64,000 bases of DNA from positions 96,001-160,000 of the forward strand of contig CAWBZV010000014.1 in assembly GCA_963793305.1 (NCBI GenBank), in the 5' to 3' direction. This stretch comes from an uncultured Gemmatimonadales bacterium. Its GTDB lineage: Bacteria > Gemmatimonadota > Gemmatimonadetes > Gemmatimonadales > Gemmatimonadaceae. Below the pieces are notes generated by a model that made no database searches, had not been told where the DNA came from, and was given only the letters and a program-made list of their open reading frames with translations. The translations under genes were made by a program, and so were the position numbers. Below are positions 20,006-31,878 of this stretch, piece by piece; position 1 is the first letter of the stretch; the number at the start of each line of letters is the position of its first letter.

Positions 20006-21231
20006 GAGCGATCGGCGCGCGCGCGATCACATACTCCGTGGTCGCGCTCCTCGCCGCGGCGGCGTTCGTCTTCACACCGCCGATCCACGGCCGGCAAATA
20101 ACGCCGGCCGTTTCTGTCGTTGCGCATCCCGCGGTCCCGGATACGCAAAGCATTATCGATACCCTGCGGTCGGGCGAAACCCTGTCCCAACTTTTCGCCC
20201 GCGCTGGTGTCACGCCCATCACAGCCGCGGCTGCGCTAAAATCCGCCCCGTTTGTCGATGAACGCAGGGTGATCGCCGGCACCGTCGTGACGGTCAAACA
20301 CGTGGCCGACAGCGCGCCAAGCGAAATTGCACTTCAGCCGGCGATAGACCACATCGTGCATCTCCGGCGCACGGGCGACCAGTGGTCGGCGCAAGATGAA
20401 AAACTGCCGTGGACCAGCGACACGATCGTCGTGTCGGGAACGATCCACACCAATCTGTACGCGGCGATGGATGCCGGAGCGCCGACGCTCCCAAAGCACG
20501 CGAGGGAAGAACTCGCGTGGGCGCTGGCCGATATCCTGGACTATCGCGTCGACATGAGTCGCGACCTTCAGGACGGCGACACGTTCAAGGCGTTGTTCGA
20601 GCGCCAGACGGGCCCCGAAGGAGTCGTTCGTGTTGGGAAGGTGATGGCGACGACATTCGTGTTGTCGCGCGACACGACCGAGGCGGTGTGGTTCAAAAAC
20701 GGGTACTACGACAAGTCTGCGAAGTCGCTCAGAAATGCCTTCCTGAGAGCGCCGCTCGAGTTTCGCCGCATATCGAGCGTCTTCGGCATGCGCAAGCATC
20801 CGATTCTCGGCATCTGGCGGCAGCACAAAGGAACCGACTATGTCGCCGCACAGGGGACACCCGTGCGAGCTATCGGGGATGCCGTCGTGATCTTTGCGGG
20901 GCAGAAGCACGGCTATGGCAACGTGCTCGACCTACGACATCGCAACGGCTACGTGACCAGGTACGGACATCTGCTCCGGTTTGCGTCCGGGATACATGTG
21001 GGTGCCAGAGTCGAACAGGGTCGAACCATTGCGTATGTCGGGATGACGGGCCTGGCGACCGCCCCGCATCTCCACTTCGAGGTGCTGGTCAACGGGGTGC
21101 AGCGCGATCCCCGTGTCGCCCTCAAGTCCACGGGCGGCGAGCCGCTCATGGCCGCCGACCGCCCCGCGTTCGAGGCGGTGCGCGAACGATGCCTGGCCGC
21201 CATGCAGTCAAAGGAGTTGGCGCTGAAGTAG
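20002..21231 (+). CDS. M23/LytM peptidase (MepM-like)
   Basis: HKGTD, YGHL, TAPHLHFE; N-terminal TM. Confidence 0.88.
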   Translation: MRAIGARAITYSVVALLAAAAFVFTPPIHGRQITPAVSVVAHPAVPDTQSIIDTLRSGETLSQLFARAGVTPITAAAALKSAPFVDERRVIAGTVVTVKHVADSAPSEIALQPAIDHIVHLRRTGDQWSAQDEKLPWTSDTIVVSGTIHTNLYAAMDAGAPTLPKHAREELAWALADILDYRVDMSRDLQDGDTFKALFERQTGPEGVVRVGKVMATTFVLSRDTTEAVWFKNGYYDKSAKSLRNAFLRAPLEFRRISSVFGMRKHPILGIWRQHKGTDYVAAQGTPVRAIGDAVVIFAGQKHGYGNVLDLRHRNGYVTRYGHLLRFASGIHVGARVEQGRTIAYVGMTGLATAPHLHFEVLVNGVQRDPRVALKSTGGEPLMAADRPAFEAVRERCLAAMQSKELALK

Positions 21232-21241
21232 CTTTCGGGCC

Positions 21242-23044
21242 ATGATGCCTTGGCTGCTCGCGGCCGCGGTCGGCTTCGGAGTCGCGGCCGTGCAGTACGG
21301 CCCGGCCGGAACGCGCCGCGAGCTACCCGCCGCGGTCTTGCGTGGCGTGGCGGTGACGCTGCTGGTCGCGTTGCTGCTCGACGCGCCCGCGGGCGCGACC
21401 AGGGCTGTGCGTCCGATCGCGGTGCTGGACGTCTCGGCTAGCTGGCAGCGCGGCGGCCCGGCGACGTACGACAGCGCCCTCCGACATTTCCGGACGCTCT
21501 CGCGTACCGCCGATTCGAGCTTCCTGTTCGGCGACTCGCTGCGCCATGCCACACCGCCGGGCGTGCCGACGGATTCGCGCACGTCGACGCGCGAGGCCGT
21601 CGATCGCGCGCTCGCCTCGGGCCGACCGCTCCAGATCGTGACCGACGGTGAGCTCGATGATCCGGACGCGCTGGCGAATCTCCCGGCCGGCTCCAGGCTC
21701 GATGTCATCGCGCGACCGGCCGCGAGCGACGCCGCGGTCATCGCCGTCGATGCACCGCGCGCCGTGGTTGGCGCCGATACCGTGCCGATTCAGGTCACCG
21801 TCGCCGCGGGCGCGGCTGGCGCCGGTGCGGGCACCCTCTCCATCGTGTTCGGTGCGCGGACGCTCACGAGTACGCCGCTTCCCGCGCTCGATGCGCTGGC
21901 CGAGCGCGTCGTCCCGTTGCGCATTGTCGTGCCGTCCGAGGAAGGGTCTGGGCTGCTGCGCGCCATCGTCACCGTGCCCGGCGACGCCGAGCCTCGGAAT
22001 GACACGCTGGAGAGACCGCTGGAGATCTCCCCGGCGGCTGGCGCGGTGTTCGTCTCGACTGCGCCCGACTATGACGCGCGCTATGCGCTGGCGGTGTTGC
22101 GCGGCGCGGTATCGCTGCCGACGCGTGGGTTCTTTCGTGTGGCACCCGGCAACTGGCGTGTCGATGGAACGCTGGCGTCGGTCGCCGAAGCCGACGTGCG
22201 CCGCGCGGTCGCCAACGCCCCGCTCGTGGTACTGCACGGCGACACCGCTTTGTTTGGATCGCCGCGCACCGCGACGCGCGGGTCTCTCGTCTTGTTCCCC
22301 GGTCCCAGTGGGGAAGAGACTGGGGAATATTATGCGACGGGTGCGCCGCCATCGCCCATCGCCGCGGCGCTCGGTGCGATGGTGTGGGATAGTCTTCCGC
22401 CCATCGAGTCTCCGGCGATGGTGTATCCCCCCGGACTGTATTGGGAGGGGTTGGAGACCAGGCGCGCGAGGAAGATCGATAGAAGGGTGCCGGTCATTGG
22501 GACGCTCGGCGGGCGTCGCATCGTGATCGTGAACGCGACCGGCCTGTGGCGGTGGCAGTTCCGTGGCGGCGTGGCGGCGGACGCCTATGCGGCGCTGTGG
22601 GGTGGTATCTTTGATTGGTTGTCGGCCGAGCGGCCGGATGTCCGGGTGGCTCTGCCGGTGGAGGGGGCGGTAAGGGCCGGCGAGCCTGTCGAATGGCGCC
22701 GCGGATCGGGCACCGACTCGGTGGTGACGGTGGTGATGGCGCGACGCGGCACGAGTGTCGCGGACACCGTCGCGCTGCACTTCGGCGGCGGGTCGACAGC
22801 CGAATCGGCGCCAATGGCGCGCGGTGTGTATGACGTGCGCACGACCGGCGGCGCGTCGCTCCTCGTGGTCAACCCGTCGCGCGAGTGGGTCCCCAATCGC
22901 GCGCGCGCGAAGGCCGGGGCGATCGGGGGTGGCGCGGTCGCCGGGCTCGCTACGCGAGTGCGGACATTATGGTGGGTCTATTTGGCGCTGGTCGGCGCGC
23001 TCTGTGGAGAGTGGGTCGTTCGCCGGTCGCTGGGACTTCGGTGA
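21242..23044 (+). CDS. vWA-domain membrane protein with Ig-like domain
   Basis: DVSAS (DxSxS) and TDG motifs, EPRNDT, terminal TMs ending EWVVRRSLGLR. Confidence 0.65.
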   Translation: MMPWLLAAAVGFGVAAVQYGPAGTRRELPAAVLRGVAVTLLVALLLDAPAGATRAVRPIAVLDVSASWQRGGPATYDSALRHFRTLSRTADSSFLFGDSLRHATPPGVPTDSRTSTREAVDRALASGRPLQIVTDGELDDPDALANLPAGSRLDVIARPAASDAAVIAVDAPRAVVGADTVPIQVTVAAGAAGAGAGTLSIVFGARTLTSTPLPALDALAERVVPLRIVVPSEEGSGLLRAIVTVPGDAEPRNDTLERPLEISPAAGAVFVSTAPDYDARYALAVLRGAVSLPTRGFFRVAPGNWRVDGTLASVAEADVRRAVANAPLVVLHGDTALFGSPRTATRGSLVLFPGPSGEETGEYYATGAPPSPIAAALGAMVWDSLPPIESPAMVYPPGLYWEGLETRRARKIDRRVPVIGTLGGRRIVIVNATGLWRWQFRGGVAADAYAALWGGIFDWLSAERPDVRVALPVEGAVRAGEPVEWRRGSGTDSVVTVVMARRGTSVADTVALHFGGGSTAESAPMARGVYDVRTTGGASLLVVNPSREWVPNRARAKAGAIGGGAVAGLATRVRTLWWVYLALVGALCGEWVVRRSLGLR

Positions 23045-23051
23045 CGAGAGC

Positions 23052-23987
23052 ATGACGCGAATTTTTCGGCGTGACGGCGATGTGCCCAAGCGCTCCTTGT
23101 GGCAACGGATCAAAGACATCGCGCTCGCCGACGTCGGCGTCGTCGTGCGCGGTGGGCCCGACCAAGGGTCGCTCGAGCGCCTCGAGGAGGTCTTGCTGGA
23201 CGCGGACTTCGGGGTCGCGACGACGATGCGACTCGTTGCTGACGTTGAGAGTCTCGCGCTCGCCGGGAGTGTGCGCAGCCAACAGGAATTTCGCGTGGCG
23301 CTTCGCGCCGGCGTCGAGCGCGCCCTCGTCACCGGACGTCATGACGCCTCCCTGATTTCTGCACCCCAATCGCCGACAGTAGTGCTGATCATCGGCGTAA
23401 ACGGTGCGGGCAAGACAACGTTTATCGGCAAATTGGCCAACACCCTCCGCGAGGGACGTAAGCGCGTCGTCGTCGCCGCAGGCGACACGTTTCGCGCGGG
23501 CGCAATCGATCAGCTAAAAGTCTGGGCCGAACGAGCGAAAGCAGAATTCGTCGGTGCAACGGTGGGCAGAGACCCCGCAGCGGTTGCGGTGGACGCATTG
23601 GACGTCGCGACGCGAAGCGGAGCGAACGTCCTGATCATAGACACCGCTGGTCGCCTGCACACGAGTGGCAATCTCATGGACGAGCTCAAGAAGATTGTTC
23701 GTGTGCTTGGCAAGAGAAGCCCCGGGGCGCCGCATGAGACGCTCCTCGTGCTGGACGGGACGATTGGCCAGAATGCCATCGTGCAAGCCAAGACGTTCGC
23801 CGCGGCCGTCCCCGTGACCGGGCTCGTGGTCACGAAGGTCGACGGGACCGCGAAAGGCGGCATCGTGGTCGCCGTGCACGAGGCCATCAACGTCCCCGTG
23901 AAGTTCATCGGGACGGGCGAAAGCATCGGCGACCTGGCGACGTTCGACGCCGCCGAGTTCTCGAAGGAGCTCCTCGAAGAGGTATGA
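23052..23987 (+). CDS. ftsY: SRP receptor FtsY (short N-terminus)
   Basis: GVNGAGKTT, DTFRAGA, DTAGR, TKVDGTAKGG. Confidence 0.95.
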   Translation: MTRIFRRDGDVPKRSLWQRIKDIALADVGVVVRGGPDQGSLERLEEVLLDADFGVATTMRLVADVESLALAGSVRSQQEFRVALRAGVERALVTGRHDASLISAPQSPTVVLIIGVNGAGKTTFIGKLANTLREGRKRVVVAAGDTFRAGAIDQLKVWAERAKAEFVGATVGRDPAAVAVDALDVATRSGANVLIIDTAGRLHTSGNLMDELKKIVRVLGKRSPGAPHETLLVLDGTIGQNAIVQAKTFAAAVPVTGLVVTKVDGTAKGGIVVAVHEAINVPVKFIGTGESIGDLATFDAAEFSKELLEEV

Positions 23988-26044
23988 ACCTCGAGACACC
24001 CATCACGTATCTCAAGGGTGTCGGGCCGCACCGTGCCGATCTGTTGCGGCGCTTGGGGATCGTCACGGCGGGAGATCTGCTCTATCACGTCCCGCACCGG
24101 TACGAAGACGCCAGCACGGTCGCGCCGATCGCGTCGCTCGAGCCCGGGATGGATGCGACGATCATCGGCTCGGTGATCTCGAAGGGCGTGCTGCCGACGC
24201 GGAAGGGCCTGCGAATTTTCCAGGCCGTGCTCCGCGACGACTCCGGGATGATCGAAGTGTCGTGGCCCGGGCAACCGTTTCTCGACCGAACGATCCACAA
24301 AGGCGACACGCTGCTGGTGAGTGGGTCGGTGCGATTCTATCACGGGCGGCAGGTCCAGCCGCGGGAGTTCGTCAATCTCGGGGATGATGCCGATGGGACG
24401 CTGGAGGGACGCGTACTCGCGATCTATCCGGCGACCGAGGGGCTATCGGTCAAGCTGATCCGATCGCTGATCGAAACGCACCTGGATGCGCTGCTCCCGC
24501 TCGTGCACGAGTACCTGCCGAGGGCCGCGCTGGCGGGCGTCGAGGTGCCGCCGCTCGGCGATGCCCTGCGGATGGTGCACCGCCCACGCTCGCTGGCGGA
24601 GGCAAACTCGGGTCGTGCACGTCTGGCGTACGAAGAGCTGCTCTTTGTGCAGCTCTTGCACCGGCGCGGCAACGCGATCGCGCGGGACAAGCGGGCCGGC
24701 ATCGTCTTCGTGAACCGTCGGGAGCTGACGACCGCGCTCAAGGCCGCGCTCCCATTTGCGCTCACGGGCGCCCAGACCCGAGTGCTGCGCGAGATCGTCG
24801 CCGATATGGTGAGCCCCGCCCGCATGCATCGGCTGGTGCAGGGTGACGTCGGGAGTGGCAAGACTATCGTCGCGCTGTTCGCGGCGCTCCTCGCCATGGA
24901 AAACGGCTACCAGGCGGCCATCATGGCGCCCACGGAGCTCCTGGCCGAGCAGCACGCTCGCACCATTGGTCGCTTGCTCAGCGCGCTCGGCATCGAGCCC
25001 GTCCTGATCACTGGTGGGCAGGGCGCCGCCGCTCGTCGCGAGGCGGCAACGCGGCTTGCGCAAACGGGGCCCACGATAGCTATCGGCACGCACGCGTTGA
25101 TTCAGGAGGCGACGGAGTTCGCGAAGCTCGGGCTCGCCGTGGTCGACGAGCAGCACCGGTTCGGTGTCGAGCAACGCAAGGCGCTCGGCCAGAAAGGCGA
25201 GAGTCCGGACGTGCTCTTGCTCAGCGCAACGCCAATCCCGCGGTCGCTGGCGCTCACGGTCTACGGAGATCTCGACGTGAGCGTGATCGATGAGCGGCCG
25301 CCTGGGCGGCAGCCGGTCACGACCGTGATGCGCTCCGAATCCTCGCGGGCCCGGGTACTCGAATTCGTCGACCACGAAGTCGAGAAGGGGCGCCAGGCCT
25401 ATATCGTCTATCCCGTCATCGAGGAATCCGAGAAGCTCGATCTCAAGTCGGCGACGGCGATGTACGCCAGTCTCACGGAAGGCGCGTTCGCTCAGCGACG
25501 GGTGGCGCTGATTCATGGGCGCATCCCGGGCCCGGAGCGCGACAAGACCATGCGGGCGTTCCGGGATGGTCAGATCGACATTCTCATCGCCACGACCGTG
25601 ATCGAGGTCGGCATCGATGTCGCCAACGCGACGGTGATGGTGATCGAGCACCCGGAGCGATTCGGGTTGTCGCAGTTGCACCAGCTCCGAGGCCGTGTCG
25701 GTCGTGGAGGCGAAGCGTCTTACTGCGTGCTGTTGGGCGACGTCTCCCCGGAAGCGGGAGCACGGCTTGATGTCTTCGCGCGAACTGATGACGGCTTCGA
25801 GATTGCGCGGGCCGATCTGAGACTACGGGGTATGGGCGATTTGTTCGGCGAGGCGCAGAGCGGCATGTCGACGTTCAAGATCGCCGACCCCCTGCGCGAT
25901 GAGGCGCTCAATGAGAAGGCGCGCGAGATCGCCGATCGTATTCTCGCCGAGGACCCGGAGCTCGAGGCGCCGGCGAACGCCCCGCTCAAACGGGCGCTCG
26001 GCGCTCGCTTCGCTCGCGCCCTCGAATTGTTCAGGGTGGGGTAG
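23984..26044 (+). CDS. recG: ATP-dependent DNA helicase RecG
   Basis: QGDVGSGKT, DEQH, SATPIPR, QLRGRVGR. Confidence 0.96.
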   Translation: MNLETPITYLKGVGPHRADLLRRLGIVTAGDLLYHVPHRYEDASTVAPIASLEPGMDATIIGSVISKGVLPTRKGLRIFQAVLRDDSGMIEVSWPGQPFLDRTIHKGDTLLVSGSVRFYHGRQVQPREFVNLGDDADGTLEGRVLAIYPATEGLSVKLIRSLIETHLDALLPLVHEYLPRAALAGVEVPPLGDALRMVHRPRSLAEANSGRARLAYEELLFVQLLHRRGNAIARDKRAGIVFVNRRELTTALKAALPFALTGAQTRVLREIVADMVSPARMHRLVQGDVGSGKTIVALFAALLAMENGYQAAIMAPTELLAEQHARTIGRLLSALGIEPVLITGGQGAAARREAATRLAQTGPTIAIGTHALIQEATEFAKLGLAVVDEQHRFGVEQRKALGQKGESPDVLLLSATPIPRSLALTVYGDLDVSVIDERPPGRQPVTTVMRSESSRARVLEFVDHEVEKGRQAYIVYPVIEESEKLDLKSATAMYASLTEGAFAQRRVALIHGRIPGPERDKTMRAFRDGQIDILIATTVIEVGIDVANATVMVIEHPERFGLSQLHQLRGRVGRGGEASYCVLLGDVSPEAGARLDVFARTDDGFEIARADLRLRGMGDLFGEAQSGMSTFKIADPLRDEALNEKAREIADRILAEDPELEAPANAPLKRALGARFARALELFRVG

Positions 26045-26642
26045 CGGTCGACTCAGCGCGCGGGGGCGTGGCGAGTCGCTTTTTGATCCGGTCCAGCTCC
26101 TCTTTCGTGCGATCGAGCTCGGCGCGCGTGCTTTCCAGCTCGGTCCGCAGCCGCGCGATCTCCTCGTCCTTGGAGCGGACCCGGTCGGAGGCCGCGGCGG
26201 CTCGCGACGCGCGCGTGGCCGAGTCGGCCGCGGACGCCGAGTCGCTCTGCGATGCGGCCTGCTCGGCCAGCCGCTGGATGGACCCCACGAGAACGGCCAC
26301 GCGCCGCAAGATGTGCGCTTCGGTCAGGTGCGCGTCGTTGTGCGGCGCCGCGTCATAGGCATCGAGCGCCGTCAGCGCGTCCTTGGGGCTCGCGCTCAGG
26401 TTGGACGGATCGAGGTCCAGCACCGCCCGCCAATACAAGCTCTCGGCGCCTTCGGCCGTTCCGCTGTACTGCGTGCTGAATGTCCCGAGTAACGAGTCGG
26501 CCGCCGCGTACCGGCCGGTGGTGATCAACGACTCGGCCGCGACGCGCGTGGCCGGCCACTGGCGCGCGGGATCGGTCGTGCCGTACCCGTAGCGTCCGGC
26601 GCAACCAGCAATGAGAAATGTGGCGAGTAGAACCCGACGCAT
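26031..26642 (-). CDS. Lipoprotein with TPR-like and coiled-coil regions (QseG-like position)
   Basis: Lipobox LIAG-C after MRR; C-terminal heptad repeats; start overlaps the kinase stop. Confidence 0.7.
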   Translation of the reverse strand: MRRVLLATFLIAGCAGRYGYGTTDPARQWPATRVAAESLITTGRYAAADSLLGTFSTQYSGTAEGAESLYWRAVLDLDPSNLSASPKDALTALDAYDAAPHNDAHLTEAHILRRVAVLVGSIQRLAEQAASQSDSASAADSATRASRAAAASDRVRSKDEEIARLRTELESTRAELDRTKEELDRIKKRLATPPRAESTATPP

Positions 26643-28165
26643 TACGAGAGGGCGCGGGACAGCACGCCCTCGGGATCGTCGGTGGCGAGTGGACTCACTC
26701 GATGGCGGCGCGCGGCGAGCGGGAACGCGATGGGAAGCTCGATCACGAACGTGGTCCCGACACCCGGTGTGCTGTCGACATTGATCGTGCCACTGTGCGC
26801 TTCGACGATGCCCTTGGCGATGGCCAGGCCGAGTCCCGTGCCTTCGGAATCGGCCGAGCCCTGATTATCGGCCTGATAGAACTTGTCGAAGATGCGCGGG
26901 AGTTGCTCCGGCGCAATACCGGCGCCGGTGTCGCGCACGATCATCTGGATTGTTTCCCCCTGGGCCTCCAGCCTGAGTTCCACGCGTCCGCCACGGGGCG
27001 TGAACTTGAACGCGTTGGAGAGGAGGTTGCCGAGGACTTCGTTGATGCGGTCGGGGTCCCAGAGGACGCTCTCGGGCAATCCCGCGGCGCGCATGACCAG
27101 GAAATCCACACCACGTTGCAGGGCAAGCACCTGGAAGGCCGTTTCCAGGTCGTCCAAGAACGGACCCAGGGCAAACCGCCGGACTTCCAGCTTGCCTCCA
27201 CCCGCTTCGAATCGGCTGACGTCCAATAATTGCTTTACCAGGCGGCCCAGCGACATGCACTGTGCTTCGAGCGTCCGGCAGACCTCGAGTTGCCTTTCGG
27301 TCAGCTCGCCGTACACGCCTTCTTGCAAAAGCTGCAGGTAGCCGAGCAGCACGTTCACGGGCGTTTTGAGCTCGTGGGACGCGACCGAGACGAATTCGGC
27401 CTTGAGCTTGTCGAGCTCCGCCAGCTGTCGGGACATCGAGTAGAAGCTCGCCGACAGCCGGCCGAATTCGTCCCGACGGCTTGGCGTGACGGACAGCCGA
27501 TAACTGAATTCGCCGCCGGCCACGGCCTCCATGCCGGTCTCCAGATCGCGCACCGGGCCGCTGACGGATCGGGTGAGCCACAGGGCCAGGACCAGTCCGA
27601 TGACCGCGGCGAACGCCAACAGAAAGATCGCCACTTTTCGCGCTTGCTCGGCCTCGGCCGAGGCGTTCTCGACGCGCATGCGCGTCCGATCGCGCAGCGA
27701 CCGCTCGGCGACCATCGTCGACGTTTCGATGTGCGCGAGCGCGGGTCGCACGCCCTTGGCGGATAGACTGTCGGCGCGCTTCGTCTTGCCCGCGACCGCC
27801 GCGGTGTACTCGTCGGGCGCCAAATGTGCGACTTCGGCGACCGCATTCTTCATGTCAGCCGCCTCGCTGTCGAGCGCGAACCGGGCGAGCGAATCGGCGC
27901 GCGCTTGCAGCGTCGCAACCGCGTGCGACACGCGATCGCGGCTCGCCGCATCGTGCACGAAGAGGAGCGCATCCTCGGCCCGCCGGAGGTCTTCGGTCCC
28001 CACGCGAATTCGGCCGAGCAACAGCGACGCGGCGAAGTCGTAATCGAGCATCTCCGCGGCGTGCTCGTGCAGAGTCTCGAGCGAGCGTAGTGCGACGTAC
28101 AGCGGGATGACGAGCACGAACGCAATCGCCAAAATGCCCAAAAGGAGCCGGGCGCGGAGCGTCAT
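26642..28165 (-). CDS. Membrane sensor histidine kinase (2 TM, HAMP, HisKA, HATPase)
   Basis: SHELKTP, NLLSNAFKF, DTGAGI, GTGLGL. Confidence 0.92.
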   Translation of the reverse strand: MTLRARLLLGILAIAFVLVIPLYVALRSLETLHEHAAEMLDYDFAASLLLGRIRVGTEDLRRAEDALLFVHDAASRDRVSHAVATLQARADSLARFALDSEAADMKNAVAEVAHLAPDEYTAAVAGKTKRADSLSAKGVRPALAHIETSTMVAERSLRDRTRMRVENASAEAEQARKVAIFLLAFAAVIGLVLALWLTRSVSGPVRDLETGMEAVAGGEFSYRLSVTPSRRDEFGRLSASFYSMSRQLAELDKLKAEFVSVASHELKTPVNVLLGYLQLLQEGVYGELTERQLEVCRTLEAQCMSLGRLVKQLLDVSRFEAGGGKLEVRRFALGPFLDDLETAFQVLALQRGVDFLVMRAAGLPESVLWDPDRINEVLGNLLSNAFKFTPRGGRVELRLEAQGETIQMIVRDTGAGIAPEQLPRIFDKFYQADNQGSADSEGTGLGLAIAKGIVEAHSGTINVDSTPGVGTTFVIELPIAFPLAARRHRVSPLATDDPEGVLSRALS

Positions 28166-28273
28166 GTCCGAAGCTTAACGGTTGGGGTCATTCTATGTGA
28201 GGCTGCCGCGTTGACAGTGCGGGGGCACGGAGCCCACTTTTCGCGCCGCACACGACAACCGCCAACTTCTGCA

Positions 28274-29565
<1,292 letters not shown>

Positions 29566-29576
<11 letters not shown>

Positions 29577-30405
29577 CGCGCTGCCGCTTCACTTCCTCCC
29601 AGAGCTCGTCCAGTTCGGCCGGCGAGGAGTCGGCCAACGTGATCCCGCGATCCGTTGCCACGGTCTGTATCGCCGCAACGCGACGCTCGAACTTCGCGTT
29701 GGCCCGGTCGAGCGCCAACGCCGCGTGGACCCCGGCCTTGCGGCACAGGTTGACGCAGGCGAAGAGCAGATCTCCGAGCTCGTCTTCCAGCCGGTCGTGC
29801 GTACGAGGGCCGGCCAACGCGGCTCCGCCGCGCGTCGATGCAGCGCTCGCTGCGCTCACGCCGCTCGACTGGTCGGTTGGCCTGAGCCCGGCTGCGCCGA
29901 GCTCCTGGGTGACTTCCTGCAACTCCTCGGCGACTTTCGCGGCCGGACCGGACGCATCCGGCCAATCGAAGCCCACGCCCGCCGCACGGTCCTGCAGCCG
30001 GTGAGCACGGTGCAGCGCCGGCAGTGTCAACGGGAGGCCGTCGCCGAGTGAGGAGCGCTTTTTCGCCTTCATTTGCTCCCAGGGGATCTTCTCGGCGCCT
30101 TCGTACAAGTGAGGGTGGCGGGAACGCATCTTCGTCACCAGCCCGTGCGCCACATCGTGCATGTCGAATGCGCCGCGTTCCTCGGCCAGGACCGAGTGGA
30201 ACAGGATCTGGAGCAGTAGGTCGCCGAGCTCTTCCCTCAGGGCCCGATCATCGCCCCGGCGAAGCGCATCGTCGACTTCGTGCGATTCCTCGATCAAATA
30301 GGGGCGAAGCGACTCGTGCGTTTGGGCAGCATCCCAGTCGCAACGGACGCGTAAGTCGCGCATTATCGCGAGCGTATCTTCAAGCGATGCTTTGTCTTGC
30401 GTCAT
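29566..30405 (-). CDS. mazG: Nucleoside triphosphate pyrophosphohydrolase MazG
   Basis: [34 protein letters not shown]. Confidence 0.92.
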
Positions 30406-30418
30406 TGGCGGAAGTCTA

Positions 30419-31459
30419 ATGGGCGCGTGGCTCGAAATCGACCTCGACGCTCTCGTTCGCAACGCTCAGGCGATTGCTCGTCGCGCTCAGGCGCCGCTGT
30501 TGCCCATGGTCAAGGCGAACGCCTACGGCCTCGGTGTCCTCCCCGTCGTCCGCGCGCTCGAAACGCTCTCCCCGTGGGGCTATGGTGTGGCAACGCTCGA
30601 CGAAGGCATGGCGCTTCGCGCCAACGCAATGCATCGGCCGGTGCTCATCTTCACGCCACTACTGCCCAGGGAGCTGGAAACGGCCCACCAGCATCGATTG
30701 ACGCCAACCCTGGGTACGGCCGAGGCGATTGCCGCGTGGGCGCCGTCAGGCGCCCCGTGGCATTTAGCGATAGACACAGGGATGAACCGCGCGGGGATGC
30801 CATGGGATGCCATTGATACTCAGGGTCAGGTCCCCGAGGGCGCGTTTACGCATTTTCACTCGGCCGAATGCGGCGATGGATCGATGGAGCAGCAGTTGGG
30901 CCGCTTCAGAGAGGCACTGAGCCGTCTACCCGCCCGGCCCCAGCTGCTCCACGCCGAAAACAGCGCCGCGCTCGAGCGGCTCACGGGTCCGTCGGCGTGG
31001 GACATTGTGCGCCCGGGCGTGTTCCTGTACGGGGTCGGCAAAACCGCCGAGCCGGTGGCAACGCTCAAAGCGCACATCGTGGACCTGAGGACGATCGCGG
31101 CCGGAGAATCGGTGAGCTATGGCGCGACATACCGAGCCGCGAGCCCACGACGGATCGCGACGCTCGCGCTCGGCTACGCCGACGGGTATCGCCGCGCATT
31201 TGGGAATCGCGGCCGCGCGATAGTGAATGACCGCGAGGCGCCGGTGGTCGGAAATGTCACGATGGACATGACGATGATCGATGTGACAGATGTACCATGT
31301 GAGATCGGGGACGTTGCAACCGTCCTCGGGCAGGCCGGCGAGCGGGTTCTTGATGTGGTGACGGTCGCCGAGGATGGGGGAGTCTCCCCCTACGAGCTGC
31401 TCGTCGGGCTCGCGCTCCGAGCGAAACGGATCTACACGGGCTCGGGGGGGTACACGTGA
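30419..31459 (+). CDS. alr: Alanine racemase
   Basis: VKANAYG (PLP lysine), DTGMNR, GYADGY, MDMTM. Confidence 0.93.
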   Translation: MGAWLEIDLDALVRNAQAIARRAQAPLLPMVKANAYGLGVLPVVRALETLSPWGYGVATLDEGMALRANAMHRPVLIFTPLLPRELETAHQHRLTPTLGTAEAIAAWAPSGAPWHLAIDTGMNRAGMPWDAIDTQGQVPEGAFTHFHSAECGDGSMEQQLGRFREALSRLPARPQLLHAENSAALERLTGPSAWDIVRPGVFLYGVGKTAEPVATLKAHIVDLRTIAAGESVSYGATYRAASPRRIATLALGYADGYRRAFGNRGRAIVNDREAPVVGNVTMDMTMIDVTDVPCEIGDVATVLGQAGERVLDVVTVAEDGGVSPYELLVGLALRAKRIYTGSGGYT

Positions 31460-31878
31460 CGCGCGCTGAGTTGGAGGCGCGAGCCATCGCTGCCGCCCGG
31501 AATGCGCATGAGCGGGCCTATTCGCCGTACTCGGGGCTTCGCGTCGGGGCCGCGTTGTGCGATATCAACGGAGCGATCGCCGTCGGATGCAATGTCGAGA
31601 ACGCCGCTTATGGTTCGACGATGTGCGCGGAGCACGGCGCCGTGATGGCCGCGGTCGTGGGCGGGATGCGCGCACCGGTGCTCCTCGCCATCGTCACGAA
31701 CGGACGCGCGCCGGCTCCTCCATGTGGCACCTGTCGGCAGGTCCTGGTTGAACTGGCACCGGACGTTGAGATTATCAGCCTTGCGGGAGATGGGGCGGAC
31801 CAGCGACAAGAACGGTGGCGCTTGACCGACCTGCTTCCGGACGCATTCTTGCCGTCGTCCCTCGACACTCCGACATGA
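31456..31878 (+). CDS. cdd: Cytidine deaminase (homotetrameric type)
   Basis: AYSPYS, GCNVENA, CAE, PCGTCRQ. Confidence 0.92.
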   Translation: MTRAELEARAIAAARNAHERAYSPYSGLRVGAALCDINGAIAVGCNVENAAYGSTMCAEHGAVMAAVVGGMRAPVLLAIVTNGRAPAPPCGTCRQVLVELAPDVEIISLAGDGADQRQERWRLTDLLPDAFLPSSLDTPT

